Of a stretch of 64,000 bases of DNA, positions 40,318-50,116 are shown piece by piece. A program made the translations under genes and the position numbers. Source of the DNA: an uncultured cyanobacterium (GTDB lineage Bacteria; Cyanobacteriota; Cyanobacteriia; Pseudanabaenales; Pseudanabaenaceae); contig OY969811.1 of NCBI GenBank assembly GCA_963703315.1, positions 2,368,001 through 2,432,000 on the forward strand, given 5' to 3'. Within the stretch, counting starts at the first letter, position 1. Each line of letters opens with the position of its first letter. The notes under the pieces were generated by a model. That model was not told where the DNA came from. It made no database searches and saw only the letters and a list, made by a program, of their open reading frames with translations.

Positions 40318-41361
40318 ATGGCTTCTTTGATGCAAGGGTTTGCAGAAGCAAGACAGAGACGATTACAGGATCGGGCAAACTTTCTAGCTGAACAGCAGCT
40401 AGCACGAGAGCAAAGGGAAAGAGAGTTACAAGCTCAATCAGAAGCAACTGCAAAGTATTTAGCTCATGCTGAGCAAACACGTCTTGCATGGGAACAGGGC
40501 AGGCAGGCGATCGCTGAGAATGCGTTAGAATCTCGCAAGCAAGAAATCCAAGATCGGGCGGCACAAGTATCAGAATATTTAGAAAATCTAAATATTAATC
40601 GTATTGAGCAAGCTATTGAAGACAATGCTCAACGCGCTCAAGAAGTCAGAACTCGTACCTTTAAAACGCGATCGCAGCTAAAACATATTCACAAAGCGCG
40701 GATTCGTGCAGGTAAGGCTGATTTGGCACAACGTCAACAAGTGGTACGCGATCGCGCCGCTTTAACACAAATAGAAATCGAAGATCTTACCAAAGTCCGT
40801 CTTGCCAACGCTGTTGCTGCTGCTCAACAAAGAGCGCAAGAATTTAGCGATCTCGTGGCTAATGTCCAAGCATCCCTAGAGGAAATTACATCTAATCGCC
40901 TTGCAGAAGCTGAAGTTCAGGCTACTAACTTACAAGCTTTTCGTTCACAATTAGCTATTTCAGTTTGGGCTGGCTCCCGTTCTGTAGCGGTTAGCGCACC
41001 TCCAGCAACACCTAAGCAAGACAATAAAACAGCGTCTGATACTTCTGAAAGCTCTAGCTCGAAGCCTAAAAAGAAAAACACTAAAGCTGAAAGTGTCGTC
41101 GCATCATCACCTGAACCAGCGATCGCTAAGCCCACTGAAGTCAAAGAAGCACCCAAAGAAACTCCTAAACCTTCTGGCAAAATCGAGCAGTTTGTGGTTG
41201 ACTATGTTGCCCAATTATCGACAAACTCTAGCTTGTTAGAAGTCGTCAATGATCGCGATACGGTCAGAGATTTACTAGCACAAGGAGCCAACACCTTAAA
41301 AGTTGATCCCTCGGATATCCTTAATACCCTGCTACAAATGGCAGAAGGCACTGCAACATGA
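40318..41361 (+). CDS. gvpC: Gas vesicle strengthening protein GvpC (divergent)
   Basis: Between gvpA and gvpN; four degenerate 33-aa helical repeats starting RKQE/RAQE/RQQV/RAQE; GAGG RBS. Confidence 0.75.
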   Translation: MASLMQGFAEARQRRLQDRANFLAEQQLAREQRERELQAQSEATAKYLAHAEQTRLAWEQGRQAIAENALESRKQEIQDRAAQVSEYLENLNINRIEQAIEDNAQRAQEVRTRTFKTRSQLKHIHKARIRAGKADLAQRQQVVRDRAALTQIEIEDLTKVRLANAVAAAQQRAQEFSDLVANVQASLEEITSNRLAEAEVQATNLQAFRSQLAISVWAGSRSVAVSAPPATPKQDNKTASDTSESSSSKPKKKNTKAESVVASSPEPAIAKPTEVKEAPKETPKPSGKIEQFVVDYVAQLSTNSSLLEVVNDRDTVRDLLAQGANTLKVDPSDILNTLLQMAEGTAT

Positions 41362-42239
41362 CCACCGTTCTCCATGCCAATGCGCGTCAGTTTGTTAGCA
41401 CTGACTTCACCAAGCAAATAGTGCGTCGGGCTTTACGCTATTTACAATCAGGCTTTGCGATTCATTTGCGGGGACCCGCAGGGACGGGTAAAACCACCTT
41501 AGCTATGCATCTTGCGGGTTTAGTTGGTAGACCGATGGTATTGATCTATGGTGATGAGGATTTGCGATCGTCGCAACTGATCGGCTCTAACTCAGGTTAT
41601 TCGCGCAAAAAAGTTGTCGATAACTATATCCACTCAGTCTTGAAAGTTGAAGACGACCTGCGCCAAAGCTGGACAGACTCACGCCTGACTTTGGCTGCTA
41701 AGGAAGGCTTCACCCTGATTTACGATGAGTTCAACCGATCTCGCCCCGAAGTAAATAACGTTCTACTCAGCGCTCTCGAAGAAAAACTGATTGTATTACC
41801 GCCTGACAGTTCCCAATCGGAATATGTGCGCGTACATCCTTCTTTCCGAGCAATCTTTACTTCCAATCCCGAAGAATATGCTGGTGTGCATCCCACTCAA
41901 GACGCACTACTCGATCGCATGATCACCATTAACGTCGGTGAAGCGGATGTGGAAACCGAAAAGCAAATTTTGGTCAATCGGGTAGGACTAGATCGCACTC
42001 AAGCCCTAAAATTAATTAACTTAATTCGTGGCTTCCGCCGTCAAGTGGAATGTAGTAAAGCTTCGAGTTTACGGGCTTGTCTACTGATTGGCAAAATTTG
42101 TCACGAACATGAGATTCCTGTCTCTGGTAAAGATGAGGATTTTCGCGATCTTTGTTTTGATGTCCTGATTTCTCGCTATGGTGATGGTAAGCCTGAGTCA
42201 GAACTCGGACTCGCTAAATTATTGGATCAGATACCTTAA
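41358..42239 (+). CDS. gvpN: Gas vesicle AAA+ ATPase GvpN
   Basis: MTTVLHA, HLRGPAGTGKTTLAMHLA, YDEFNRSRPEVNN, TSNPEEYAGVH. Confidence 0.96.
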   Translation: MTTVLHANARQFVSTDFTKQIVRRALRYLQSGFAIHLRGPAGTGKTTLAMHLAGLVGRPMVLIYGDEDLRSSQLIGSNSGYSRKKVVDNYIHSVLKVEDDLRQSWTDSRLTLAAKEGFTLIYDEFNRSRPEVNNVLLSALEEKLIVLPPDSSQSEYVRVHPSFRAIFTSNPEEYAGVHPTQDALLDRMITINVGEADVETEKQILVNRVGLDRTQALKLINLIRGFRRQVECSKASSLRACLLIGKICHEHEIPVSGKDEDFRDLCFDVLISRYGDGKPESELGLAKLLDQIP

Positions 42240-42565
42240 TGTCTCAAGCTCTTAAACCTCAAGCAATTAAAACCAGCACTACTGGCTCCTCCTTAGCAGA
42301 TATTCTGGAAAGAGTATTAGATAAGGGAATTGTCATTGCGGGTGATATTACAGTGTCTGTGGGCAGTGTGGAGTTATTAAGCATCCGCATTCGCTTATTA
42401 GTTGCCTCGGTGGATAAGGCTAAGGAAATAGGGATTAACTGGTGGGAATCTGATCCCTATTTATCTTCCAGAACGCAGGAATTACTCGCGTCTAATCAAC
42501 AATTACTAGAACGAGTCAATCTCCTAGAGCGAGAGTTAGCAGCAACTAAACAACTAACCAATTAA
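42239..42565 (+). CDS. gvpJ: Gas vesicle protein GvpJ
   Basis: SLADILERVLDKGIVIAGDI...ASVDKAKEIGINWWESDPYLSS. Confidence 0.93.
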   Translation: MSQALKPQAIKTSTTGSSLADILERVLDKGIVIAGDITVSVGSVELLSIRIRLLVASVDKAKEIGINWWESDPYLSSRTQELLASNQQLLERVNLLERELAATKQLTN

Positions 42566-42613
42566 AAAAAGAAGGCTCAAATGAGCTTTCTTTTTTTAAT
42601 TGCAACTAGCTAT

Positions 42614-42853
42614 TTAGCTGTAATCGTAAGAGAGAAATCCATGATCTACCTTGTCGCGGATGAGTTGACGCATAAGTGTCATTTCTTCTATCGAAACTTT
42701 GCCATCATCATGAATGGTATGTTCAATTCGCTCCATTTCATATTTAGAAATTTTGCCATCAGCGATCGCTTGATCGATCATGTTGCGGAGTTGCTCTAAC
42801 TTTTGCAACTCATTAGGTGTTAGTTCTTTATGGTTGGGACGCTCAATTAACAT
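42614..42853 (-). CDS. Small hypothetical protein with two DGK(I/V)S..E motifs
   Basis: 79-aa ORF with ADGKISKYE and DDGKVSIEE. Confidence 0.7.
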   Translation of the reverse strand: MLIERPNHKELTPNELQKLEQLRNMIDQAIADGKISKYEMERIEHTIHDDGKVSIEEMTLMRQLIRDKVDHGFLSYDYS

Positions 42854-42929
42854 TTGCGTAAGTCCAAACTCAACTATTTCTATGATATCGCGTTTTCTAG
42901 ATAAGGGCGGCGCGAAGCGCCGCCCTTAT

Positions 42930-43574
42930 CTATAGTGAATTTTTACGAGCTTCTTTCAGTTGATCGTCAATGCGACGCAAAACACCATTGATAAATCTAT
43001 ATCCGTCTTCACTGCTATAGCGTTTTGCTAATTCGACTGCTTCATCGATCGCCACTTTACTCGCCACATTCATAAACATCATTTCCGCAGTTGCAATTCG
43101 CAAAATATCCTTGTCCACTTGAGCAAGGCGATCAATTTGCCAGTTCACCAAAGCGCTACTAATAGTTTCATCAATTTGCGATCGCTTAGTATTGACAGTT
43201 TTGAGAATATCAATCGTATAGTTACGCACTTCGGTACGTTGAGACAGGACGAGCGTGATCGGAAATTCTAGGGCTGCGCCAATATTATTAATCGCATTTT
43301 TGGTGAGTTCGATCGCTTCGCGTACCATGCCCTCAACAGCTTGGATGTCTTGGCGAACATCACCAGTACGAGTTTCGCTAGCAGATACACGCTCTTGACC
43401 ACGTTGTAACTCAGCACTAGCGGTTTGTAATAATTCTTTGGTTTCATCCTGTAGCGATCGCACTACAGCAGTAACGATGTCATCTAAGGTTTTGGACTCT
43501 AGCTTTTGAGGCTGGCTAGGTAATTGGTTAATACTAAAAAGTGCGAGTTCGCGGGCGATGTGGCGGGGTTGCAT
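42930..43574 (-). CDS. nusB: Transcription antitermination factor NusB
   Basis: MQPRHIARELAL, WQIDRLAQVDKDILR, VAIDEAVELAKRYS...FINGVL. Confidence 0.95.
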   Translation of the reverse strand: MQPRHIARELALFSINQLPSQPQKLESKTLDDIVTAVVRSLQDETKELLQTASAELQRGQERVSASETRTGDVRQDIQAVEGMVREAIELTKNAINNIGAALEFPITLVLSQRTEVRNYTIDILKTVNTKRSQIDETISSALVNWQIDRLAQVDKDILRIATAEMMFMNVASKVAIDEAVELAKRYSSEDGYRFINGVLRRIDDQLKEARKNSL

Positions 43575-43691
43575 AGGAAGAGATAAAATTAAGCCAATTG
43601 CACATCGTATCATTTTCTAGGCGTTTATTTTGAGCGGTGTGGCAAGTCCATCTCTCAAAGACAACTCATTTAGCGAAATTTTAAAGAAAAA

Positions 43692-44021
43692 ATGACTCAG
43701 ACCTTTACAGCTACACTTCATCATCAAGGACAAACCTTTACCGTGTCCGTACCCGAAAATCAATCAATCCTCGATGCGGCGATCGAGCAAGGGCTAGATT
43801 TGCCATGCTCATGTTATGCAGGGGTATGTACGACTTGCGCTGCCCAAATTGTTAAGGGACAGGTCGATCAAAGTCAGGGTATGGGTATTGGCGGCATGGG
43901 TGAAGAGCTAGATGCCAAAGGTTATATTCTCCTATGTGTGTCGCATCCTACGTCTGATGTCGAAATCTACACTGACAAGGAGCAAGACGTATACGCGATT
44001 CGCTTTGGGCATAGTTCTTAA
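43692..44021 (+). CDS. 2Fe-2S plant-type ferredoxin (minor paralog)
   Basis: LPCSCYAGVCTTCAA...LLCVS. Confidence 0.93.
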   Translation: MTQTFTATLHHQGQTFTVSVPENQSILDAAIEQGLDLPCSCYAGVCTTCAAQIVKGQVDQSQGMGIGGMGEELDAKGYILLCVSHPTSDVEIYTDKEQDVYAIRFGHSS

Positions 44022-44096
44022 CTTCAAAGAATAAGCTTTAATTAGTGGTGTGCGGCTTTGCCGCACACCACTAATTAAAGCTAGATGGTATAAGCT

Positions 44097-45728
44097 ATGA
44101 CAGCGATCGCTATTGATTTTGGTAGTAGCAATACGGTGATTGCGCGATGGAATATTGCTACCGATCAGCCTGAAACTTTAAATTTTGAACATCTGAATCG
44201 CCCCGCACCTTTAGATAGTCTTGTGCCTTCCTTGGTATATATCCAAGATGCTCAAGCAGAAATTGTCGAAATTGGTCAGCTTGTGATCAATCAGGGAAAA
44301 GATCGCCATCAGTCAAGATCTTTTAATCAAATCAAACGGCGATTAGTGGCAGATGTAAATTACATTCCTAAAATTGATGGTGTAAAAATTACTCCTGAAT
44401 GGCTAGGCAAACAGTTCTTACGAGAACTATCACAGCAATTGCGATCGCAACAGATTTTTCCATCGGTCATCATTGTGACGGCTCCAGTCCAAGCCTATGA
44501 AAAATATTTACGTTGGCTCGAAGCTTCTAGTGCGGAGATATTCACCGCCGATTTACCAACCTTACAAACACCGCAAATTCGGATTATCGATGAACCCACT
44601 GCTGCTGCCTTAGGCTATGGAGCCATCCATCCCAGTGATTTAGTACTAGTAATTGATTTTGGAGGCGGTACATTAGATTTATCACTGGTGCGGTTACCTA
44701 AAAGCGAGAGTATCAGCAAATGGGGAGACCAGATTGGTGTCAATCGCAGTGAATGGACAGAATATAAGGCTGAGGCGATCGCTAAGACGGGATATACAAT
44801 TGGCGGTGAAGATATTGACCAGTGGTTAGTCCAAGATTATCTCGAAAATTATGCTGAGAGTCCTCATCGCGACTCAGGAAATAATGTCAGCATTCTCAAG
44901 TTTTTAATGGAACGCATCAAGGTCAAACTTTCAGAAGTGGAAACGGTATCGGAAATCTTTTTTGATATGGCTACGCAATCCGCAACGGAAATTAGCTATA
45001 CCCGTCAACAATTAGAACAGTTACTAGATCGTAAGGGATTTTATCGAGTTCTCCAAGCAGCGATCGATGAATTAGTTAATCGCTCTTTTAGTAAAGGAAT
45101 TCTCAAAGGTGACATTAAGCATATTCTTTTAGTCGGTGGCTGTACGCTGATTCCCTCAGTACGTTCCTTTGTGGAAAATTATTTCAAGATGGGGAAAGTA
45201 TATAGTCACAAACCCTTTGAGGCGATCGCGCATGGGGCGTTGATGCTGAGTCAGGGAGTTAGTGTTCAGGACTATTTATTTCATGCCTATGCCATTCGTT
45301 ATTGGGATCGCACGACCGAACAATGGAAATATCAACCCTTATTTCGGCGTGGTCAAGTCTATCCAACCCGCCGCCCTGTAGAGCTATTACTCAGAGCCAC
45401 TCAGCCAAATCAGCCTGAAATTGCACTGACCATTGGCGAACTCGAAAGTCGCCCTACAGGTGCAGCCGAAGTTAGTTTTGTTGGAGATCGCCTGATCATG
45501 AATTTTGCTCAAAAAGCCAAAGAAACCTTTCAGCCATTACAAATGGATAGTAAAGGTGAAGGTGTTCCACAGGCGATCGCCTTACTTAATCCTCTAGGTC
45601 AACCCGACTGCGATCGACTCAAAGTGTTATTTAACATCAGTGCTAACCGAGAGCTATTAATCACGGTGATTGATTTGCTTACAGAGCGCCAATTGTTGAC
45701 CGATTATCCTGTGGCGAAATTGCATTAA
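44097..45728 (+). CDS. Hsp70/DnaK-like protein (atypical)
   Basis: IAIDFGSSNT, DEPTAAALGY, IDFGGGTLD, GGEDID, LLVGG. Confidence 0.88.
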   Translation: MTAIAIDFGSSNTVIARWNIATDQPETLNFEHLNRPAPLDSLVPSLVYIQDAQAEIVEIGQLVINQGKDRHQSRSFNQIKRRLVADVNYIPKIDGVKITPEWLGKQFLRELSQQLRSQQIFPSVIIVTAPVQAYEKYLRWLEASSAEIFTADLPTLQTPQIRIIDEPTAAALGYGAIHPSDLVLVIDFGGGTLDLSLVRLPKSESISKWGDQIGVNRSEWTEYKAEAIAKTGYTIGGEDIDQWLVQDYLENYAESPHRDSGNNVSILKFLMERIKVKLSEVETVSEIFFDMATQSATEISYTRQQLEQLLDRKGFYRVLQAAIDELVNRSFSKGILKGDIKHILLVGGCTLIPSVRSFVENYFKMGKVYSHKPFEAIAHGALMLSQGVSVQDYLFHAYAIRYWDRTTEQWKYQPLFRRGQVYPTRRPVELLLRATQPNQPEIALTIGELESRPTGAAEVSFVGDRLIMNFAQKAKETFQPLQMDSKGEGVPQAIALLNPLGQPDCDRLKVLFNISANRELLITVIDLLTERQLLTDYPVAKLH

Positions 45729-45759
45729 AAGAAGATGGCTGCACCACAGGCATCTTCTT

Positions 45760-46788
45760 TTAATAACGAATCCTCGGATCAATCCATGCATTGATGATGT
45801 CCACGAAAATACTAACAATGGTGACAATAATCGCAAAAAATACCACAATCCCCTGCACCACTGGATAGTCCCGTCCAATAATTGCTTCAAATAATCGGTT
45901 GGCGAGTCCCGGCCAAGAGAAAGTAACTTCCGTTAATACGGCTCCCCCTAACATCGAAGCTAGGGTCAAGCCTAAAATCGTAATTACGGGAATCATGGCA
46001 TTTTTGAGGGCATGATTAAACAAAATTGCTCTCGGCGTAATTCCTCTTGCCTTAGCCGCTTCCACATAATCCGATTGCAAAGTTTGTCGCAAATTGACGC
46101 GCACAATTCGCTCAAAAATACCACTAATAACAATCCCTAAACTCATCGCTGGAAGAAATAGATATTGAATACTTGTCCAGAGACTCGTCCAATCACCTTT
46201 GACCAAAGAATCGATCGTATATAGCCCAAATACCCGTACTGGCGGTTCCATACTAGCGGGAAACCTCGTGCCAATGGGTAGCCATCCTAACTGTACCGAA
46301 AATACTAATTGCAACAGCATCCCTACCCAAAACAATGGTAATGAATAGGTAATAATTCCAAATAATCTACCTCCCACATCCCATTTAGAATTTGGGCGCA
46401 ACGCAGCAATGATCCCCACCGTTAAGCCAACAATTAGAGCAATGATCAAGGCATAAAGTGCTAACTCGGCTGTGGCGGGGAAAAAGTTTTTAATAATTTG
46501 CCAAACGGTTTGCTCACGAGTACTGATTGACTTGCCAAGATTAAATCGCAGCAAATCTTGAATATATTTACCATATTGCACCAGTAGAGAACCTGTCAGT
46601 CCCACTTGCTCACGTAATGCGACTTTGACCTCTTCAGGAGCGCGAGGTCCTAAAATGGCATCGATCGGATCACCGGGGGTAGCTCGCATTAACAGAAATA
46701 CGACTGAGGCGATCGCCCATAGCATAACTGGGGCAAGTAGTAATCGGGCTGTAATGTAATAGAACAGCGCTTTGAGGCGACTAGACAT
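45760..46788 (-). CDS. Peptide ABC transporter permease (DppB/OppB type)
   Basis: PGDPIDAILG, FPATAELA, DYVEAAKARG, GAVLTEVTFSWPG, DYPVVQG, DPRIRY. Confidence 0.93.
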   Translation of the reverse strand: MSSRLKALFYYITARLLLAPVMLWAIASVVFLLMRATPGDPIDAILGPRAPEEVKVALREQVGLTGSLLVQYGKYIQDLLRFNLGKSISTREQTVWQIIKNFFPATAELALYALIIALIVGLTVGIIAALRPNSKWDVGGRLFGIITYSLPLFWVGMLLQLVFSVQLGWLPIGTRFPASMEPPVRVFGLYTIDSLVKGDWTSLWTSIQYLFLPAMSLGIVISGIFERIVRVNLRQTLQSDYVEAAKARGITPRAILFNHALKNAMIPVITILGLTLASMLGGAVLTEVTFSWPGLANRLFEAIIGRDYPVVQGIVVFFAIIVTIVSIFVDIINAWIDPRIRY

Positions 46789-46888
46789 AGACAGGTTTAC
46801 TAGGTACTGGACTAGGCAAATTTCTTAACTATAACGCTTTGCGTTCAATCTAAGCATGAATTGCGGCGCGAAGCGCCGCAATTCATGC

Positions 46889-47983
46889 TTACAGAAGTGG
46901 CTCAATTTCTCCAACATAGGTTCCTAATCCGATCGCTGTACGGATTAATGTGCCATGTACATCAACGGCGCTATATTTGGCGATCGCCTCACTAATTGGT
47001 ACATCAATTACTTCACGGTTGACCCATGCCACCATGCGATCGTATTTCTCCTGAGCTACTAAATCTAGGGCGGCGACTCCAAAAGCAGCACCCAAAATCC
47101 GATCCAATGGGGATGGCGTACTCCCCCTCTGCACATGACCCAAAATCGTAACGCGGCTTTCCATACCTGTGCGTGTACTAATTTGATCACCGAGATATTG
47201 ACCAATACCTCCATAAAGACTTTGACCGAGACTATTGGTATATTTGACTGGCTCCCCCGTTGGCGTTTTCACAGCTTCTGCCACAACCATCGTACTGAAA
47301 GGGAAGCCCCGCAATGCTCGATTCATCAAGCGATCGCATACTTCATCAAGACTATAGGGAATCTCTGGAATCAATACAACATGAGCGCCTCCTGCAATTC
47401 CTGCGCTCACCGCAATATGCCCTGCATCACGTCCCATTACTTCCAAAATCATCACACGACTGTGACTAATGGCAGTATAGGTCAGGCGATCGAGAGCTTC
47501 CACCGCCACACTCACCGCCGTATTAAATCCAATTGAGTTTTCTGTCGTTCCCAAATCATTATCAATAGTTTTGGGAACTGCCACTAAATTCATATTTCCC
47601 TGCTGAGCCAGACGGCGTAAAATCGCCAAACTACCATCACCACCAATCCCAATCAAGGCATCCAAACCGAGCTTGTGATAGCCTTCGATTACCTCTTCAG
47701 AGCGATCAGCGATCGCACCATCAGCCATTGGATAGGCAAAGGGATTACCTTTATTGACTGTTCCCAAAATTGTGCCGCCATAACGGAGAATTCCTGAAAC
47801 TCGTTTAATATCTAATAGTTCTGCTTCCACTGGACGATTCATCAGTCCTTGAGTTGCGCCTTTAATTCCATAAATTTCCATATCATAGTCACGAGCGCGG
47901 CGCACCACTGCTCGAATGACGGCATTCAAACCACCACAGTCTCCACCACTTGTCAAAATACCAATGCGCTTAGTCTTAGTCAT
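46889..47983 (-). CDS. pfkA: ATP-dependent 6-phosphofructokinase
   Basis: ILTSGGDCGGLNA, IGGDGS, PKTIDND, EVMGRDAG, LGHVQRG. Confidence 0.95.
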   Translation of the reverse strand: MTKTKRIGILTSGGDCGGLNAVIRAVVRRARDYDMEIYGIKGATQGLMNRPVEAELLDIKRVSGILRYGGTILGTVNKGNPFAYPMADGAIADRSEEVIEGYHKLGLDALIGIGGDGSLAILRRLAQQGNMNLVAVPKTIDNDLGTTENSIGFNTAVSVAVEALDRLTYTAISHSRVMILEVMGRDAGHIAVSAGIAGGAHVVLIPEIPYSLDEVCDRLMNRALRGFPFSTMVVAEAVKTPTGEPVKYTNSLGQSLYGGIGQYLGDQISTRTGMESRVTILGHVQRGSTPSPLDRILGAAFGVAALDLVAQEKYDRMVAWVNREVIDVPISEAIAKYSAVDVHGTLIRTAIGLGTYVGEIEPLL

Positions 47984-48065
47984 AAATCTGATTCTAGATG
48001 CCTTGTTTTACAACACTTTGTTTGCGCTCAAACTTAAACCAAGAAAAATTTTAAAAGCTTTGCTT

Positions 48066-48186
48066 TAAGTAGGTTGTTGGAATTAAATGTAGGATGGGTT
48101 AGCGACAGCGTAACCCATCGTCTTTACCCAGTTGATGCGTTACGTTACACTAACGCATCCTACAAATAATCAACCCTTCCTACTTA
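48066..48186 (+). mobile_element. REP-bearing repeat family C, copy 2; complete MITE-like unit with TAAGTAGG/CCTACTTA ends, inserted in a hairpin loop
   Basis: Terminal inverted repeat including TA; flanked by the split arms CAAGAAAAATTTTAAAAGCTTTG / CAGAGCTTTTGAAATTTTTCTTG. Confidence 0.72.
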
Positions 48187-48297
48187 CAGAGCTTTTGAAA
48201 TTTTTCTTGTATTTGTTCTGCTCGAAAATTTCTTTAATTATGTCGCCGAATCTGACTAGTGTTTGTAACAATTATGCAAGGTGCGACCATTTAGACA

Positions 48298-48356
48298 TCT
48301 GAAACCCCAAAAAGAGGGGCGGCGCTTTGCGCCGCCCCTCTTTTTGGGGTTTCAGA
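48298..48356. repeat. GC-core hairpin with 28-bp perfect arms
   Basis: TCTGAAACCCCAAAAAGAGGGGCGGCGC-TTT-GCGCCGCCCCTCTTTTTGGGGTTTCAGA. Confidence 0.85.
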
Positions 48357-48418
48357 AAGTTACTGCTGAAAGATATTAGAATAGGACAGCAATCTTTTCG
48401 GCTTGGTTAAACACTTTC

Positions 48419-49771
48419 ATGACTGCTCAGAAATATCACATCGTCACCTTCGGCTGCCAAATGAATAAAGCTGACTCCGAACGCATGGCAGGCGTTTTGG
48501 AAGATATGGGCTATCAGTCAACTGAGGAAAGCGAAGAAGCCGACCTGATCTTGTATAACACTTGCAGCATTCGCGACAATGCTGAGCAGAAAGTTTATTC
48601 GTACTTAGGCAGACAAGCCAAACGCAAACGGGAAAATCCTAATTTAACTCTAGTGGTCGCTGGTTGCGTTGCTCAACAGGAGGGTGAAGCATTGCTCAGG
48701 CGGGTTCCTGAACTCGATCTCGTGATGGGACCTCAGCACGTTAACCGTCTTGGCGATCTATTGGGGCAAGTTTTTAATGGTAATCAAGTTGCGGCAACCG
48801 AAGAAGCCTACATCGAAGAAGACATCACCACACCACGCCGTAATAGCTCAGTGTCAGCATGGGTCAACGTGATTTATGGCTGTAACGAAAATTGCACCTA
48901 TTGCATTGTCCCCGCAGTGCGTGGGCGTGAACAATCTCGCACGCCTGAAGTGATCCGTAAGGAAATCGAAAATCTAGCGGCTCAGGGTTACAAAGAAATT
49001 ACCTTGCTTGGTCAAAATATCGATGCCTATGGGCGCGACCTACCCGCAGGTGGCATTGGCGCTGGTGTCGGTGGCAAGATTACCTTCACGGATTTACTAT
49101 ATTACGTCCATGATGTTGAAGGTATCGATCGCATTAGATATGCCACCAGTCACCCTCGCTATTTCAGTCCCAGACTGATCAAAGCCTGTTACGAGTTACC
49201 AAAGGTTTGCGAACATTTCCATATTCCTTTCCAGTCAGGCGATAACGATATCCTCAAAGCGATGGCGCGGGGCTATACCCATGAGCGCTACCGCCGCATT
49301 ATTGATGACATTCGGGCGATCATGCCTGATGCCGCGATTACTGCTGATGCGATCGTCGCTTTTCCGGGGGAAACTGAGGAGCAGTTTGAGCGCACAGTGC
49401 AGTTGGTGAATGATATTGGCTTTGATCTGGTCAATACTGCCGCCTATTCGCCTCGTCCAGGGACACCTGCGGCGGTTTGGGAAAATCAATTAAGTGAGGA
49501 GATTAAAAGCGATCGCCTCCAACGCTTAAACCATGTGGTTAATCAAAATGCGGCTGAGCGCTCTAACCGTTATGCAGGGCGCATTGAAGAAATCATGATC
49601 GAAGGCACTAACCATAAAAATCCTGATCAAATCATGGGGCGCACCCGCACCAATCGCATCGCTTTTACCACAAATACTACAGGCAAGTCATTATCTGAGC
49701 TAATTGGTCAAACTTTTTCGATAAAAATTACTGAAGTAAGACCTTTTAGTTTGACTGGTGTAATTTGCTAA
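48419..49771 (+). CDS. miaB: tRNA-2-methylthio-N6-dimethylallyladenosine synthase
   Basis: [36 protein letters not shown] radical-SAM motif, C-terminal TRAM domain. Confidence 0.97.
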   Translation: MTAQKYHIVTFGCQMNKADSERMAGVLEDMGYQSTEESEEADLILYNTCSIRDNAEQKVYSYLGRQAKRKRENPNLTLVVAGCVAQQEGEALLRRVPELDLVMGPQHVNRLGDLLGQVFNGNQVAATEEAYIEEDITTPRRNSSVSAWVNVIYGCNENCTYCIVPAVRGREQSRTPEVIRKEIENLAAQGYKEITLLGQNIDAYGRDLPAGGIGAGVGGKITFTDLLYYVHDVEGIDRIRYATSHPRYFSPRLIKACYELPKVCEHFHIPFQSGDNDILKAMARGYTHERYRRIIDDIRAIMPDAAITADAIVAFPGETEEQFERTVQLVNDIGFDLVNTAAYSPRPGTPAAVWENQLSEEIKSDRLQRLNHVVNQNAAERSNRYAGRIEEIMIEGTNHKNPDQIMGRTRTNRIAFTTNTTGKSLSELIGQTFSIKITEVRPFSLTGVIC

Positions 49772-49858
49772 AGCTGTGTTAGACTAGTCAAGCGCGTAAA
49801 AAACGGTTGTGCGAAACATAACAAAACTTTACGCTAGCTAGTTAAAGACTAGTTCAAT

Positions 49859-49930
49859 GGGTCACTAACTCAATGGTAGAGTACTCGGCTTTTAACCGAT
49901 TTGCTCCGGGTTCAAATCCCGGGTGACCCA
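49859..49930 (+). tRNA. tRNA-Lys (TTT)
   Basis: GGGTCAC / GTGACCC-A acceptor, anticodon loop CT-TTT-AA, GTTCAAATC T-loop. Confidence 0.95.
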
Positions 49931-50116
49931 TAAAATAGCTCAAATACATCAAAAAAGCTAGCACTAAGTGCTAGCTTTTTTGAAAGTGTTGCAAAGCAAC
50001 ACTTTCAAAAAATGTCTTGGTCGGGGTTGAGCGCAAAACAATGTAAAGATATCCGCAACACTTCGCGCTGCCGCTAGTTTTGATATTATACGTCTGGTAT
50101 TAATGTGGTGTAGCTC

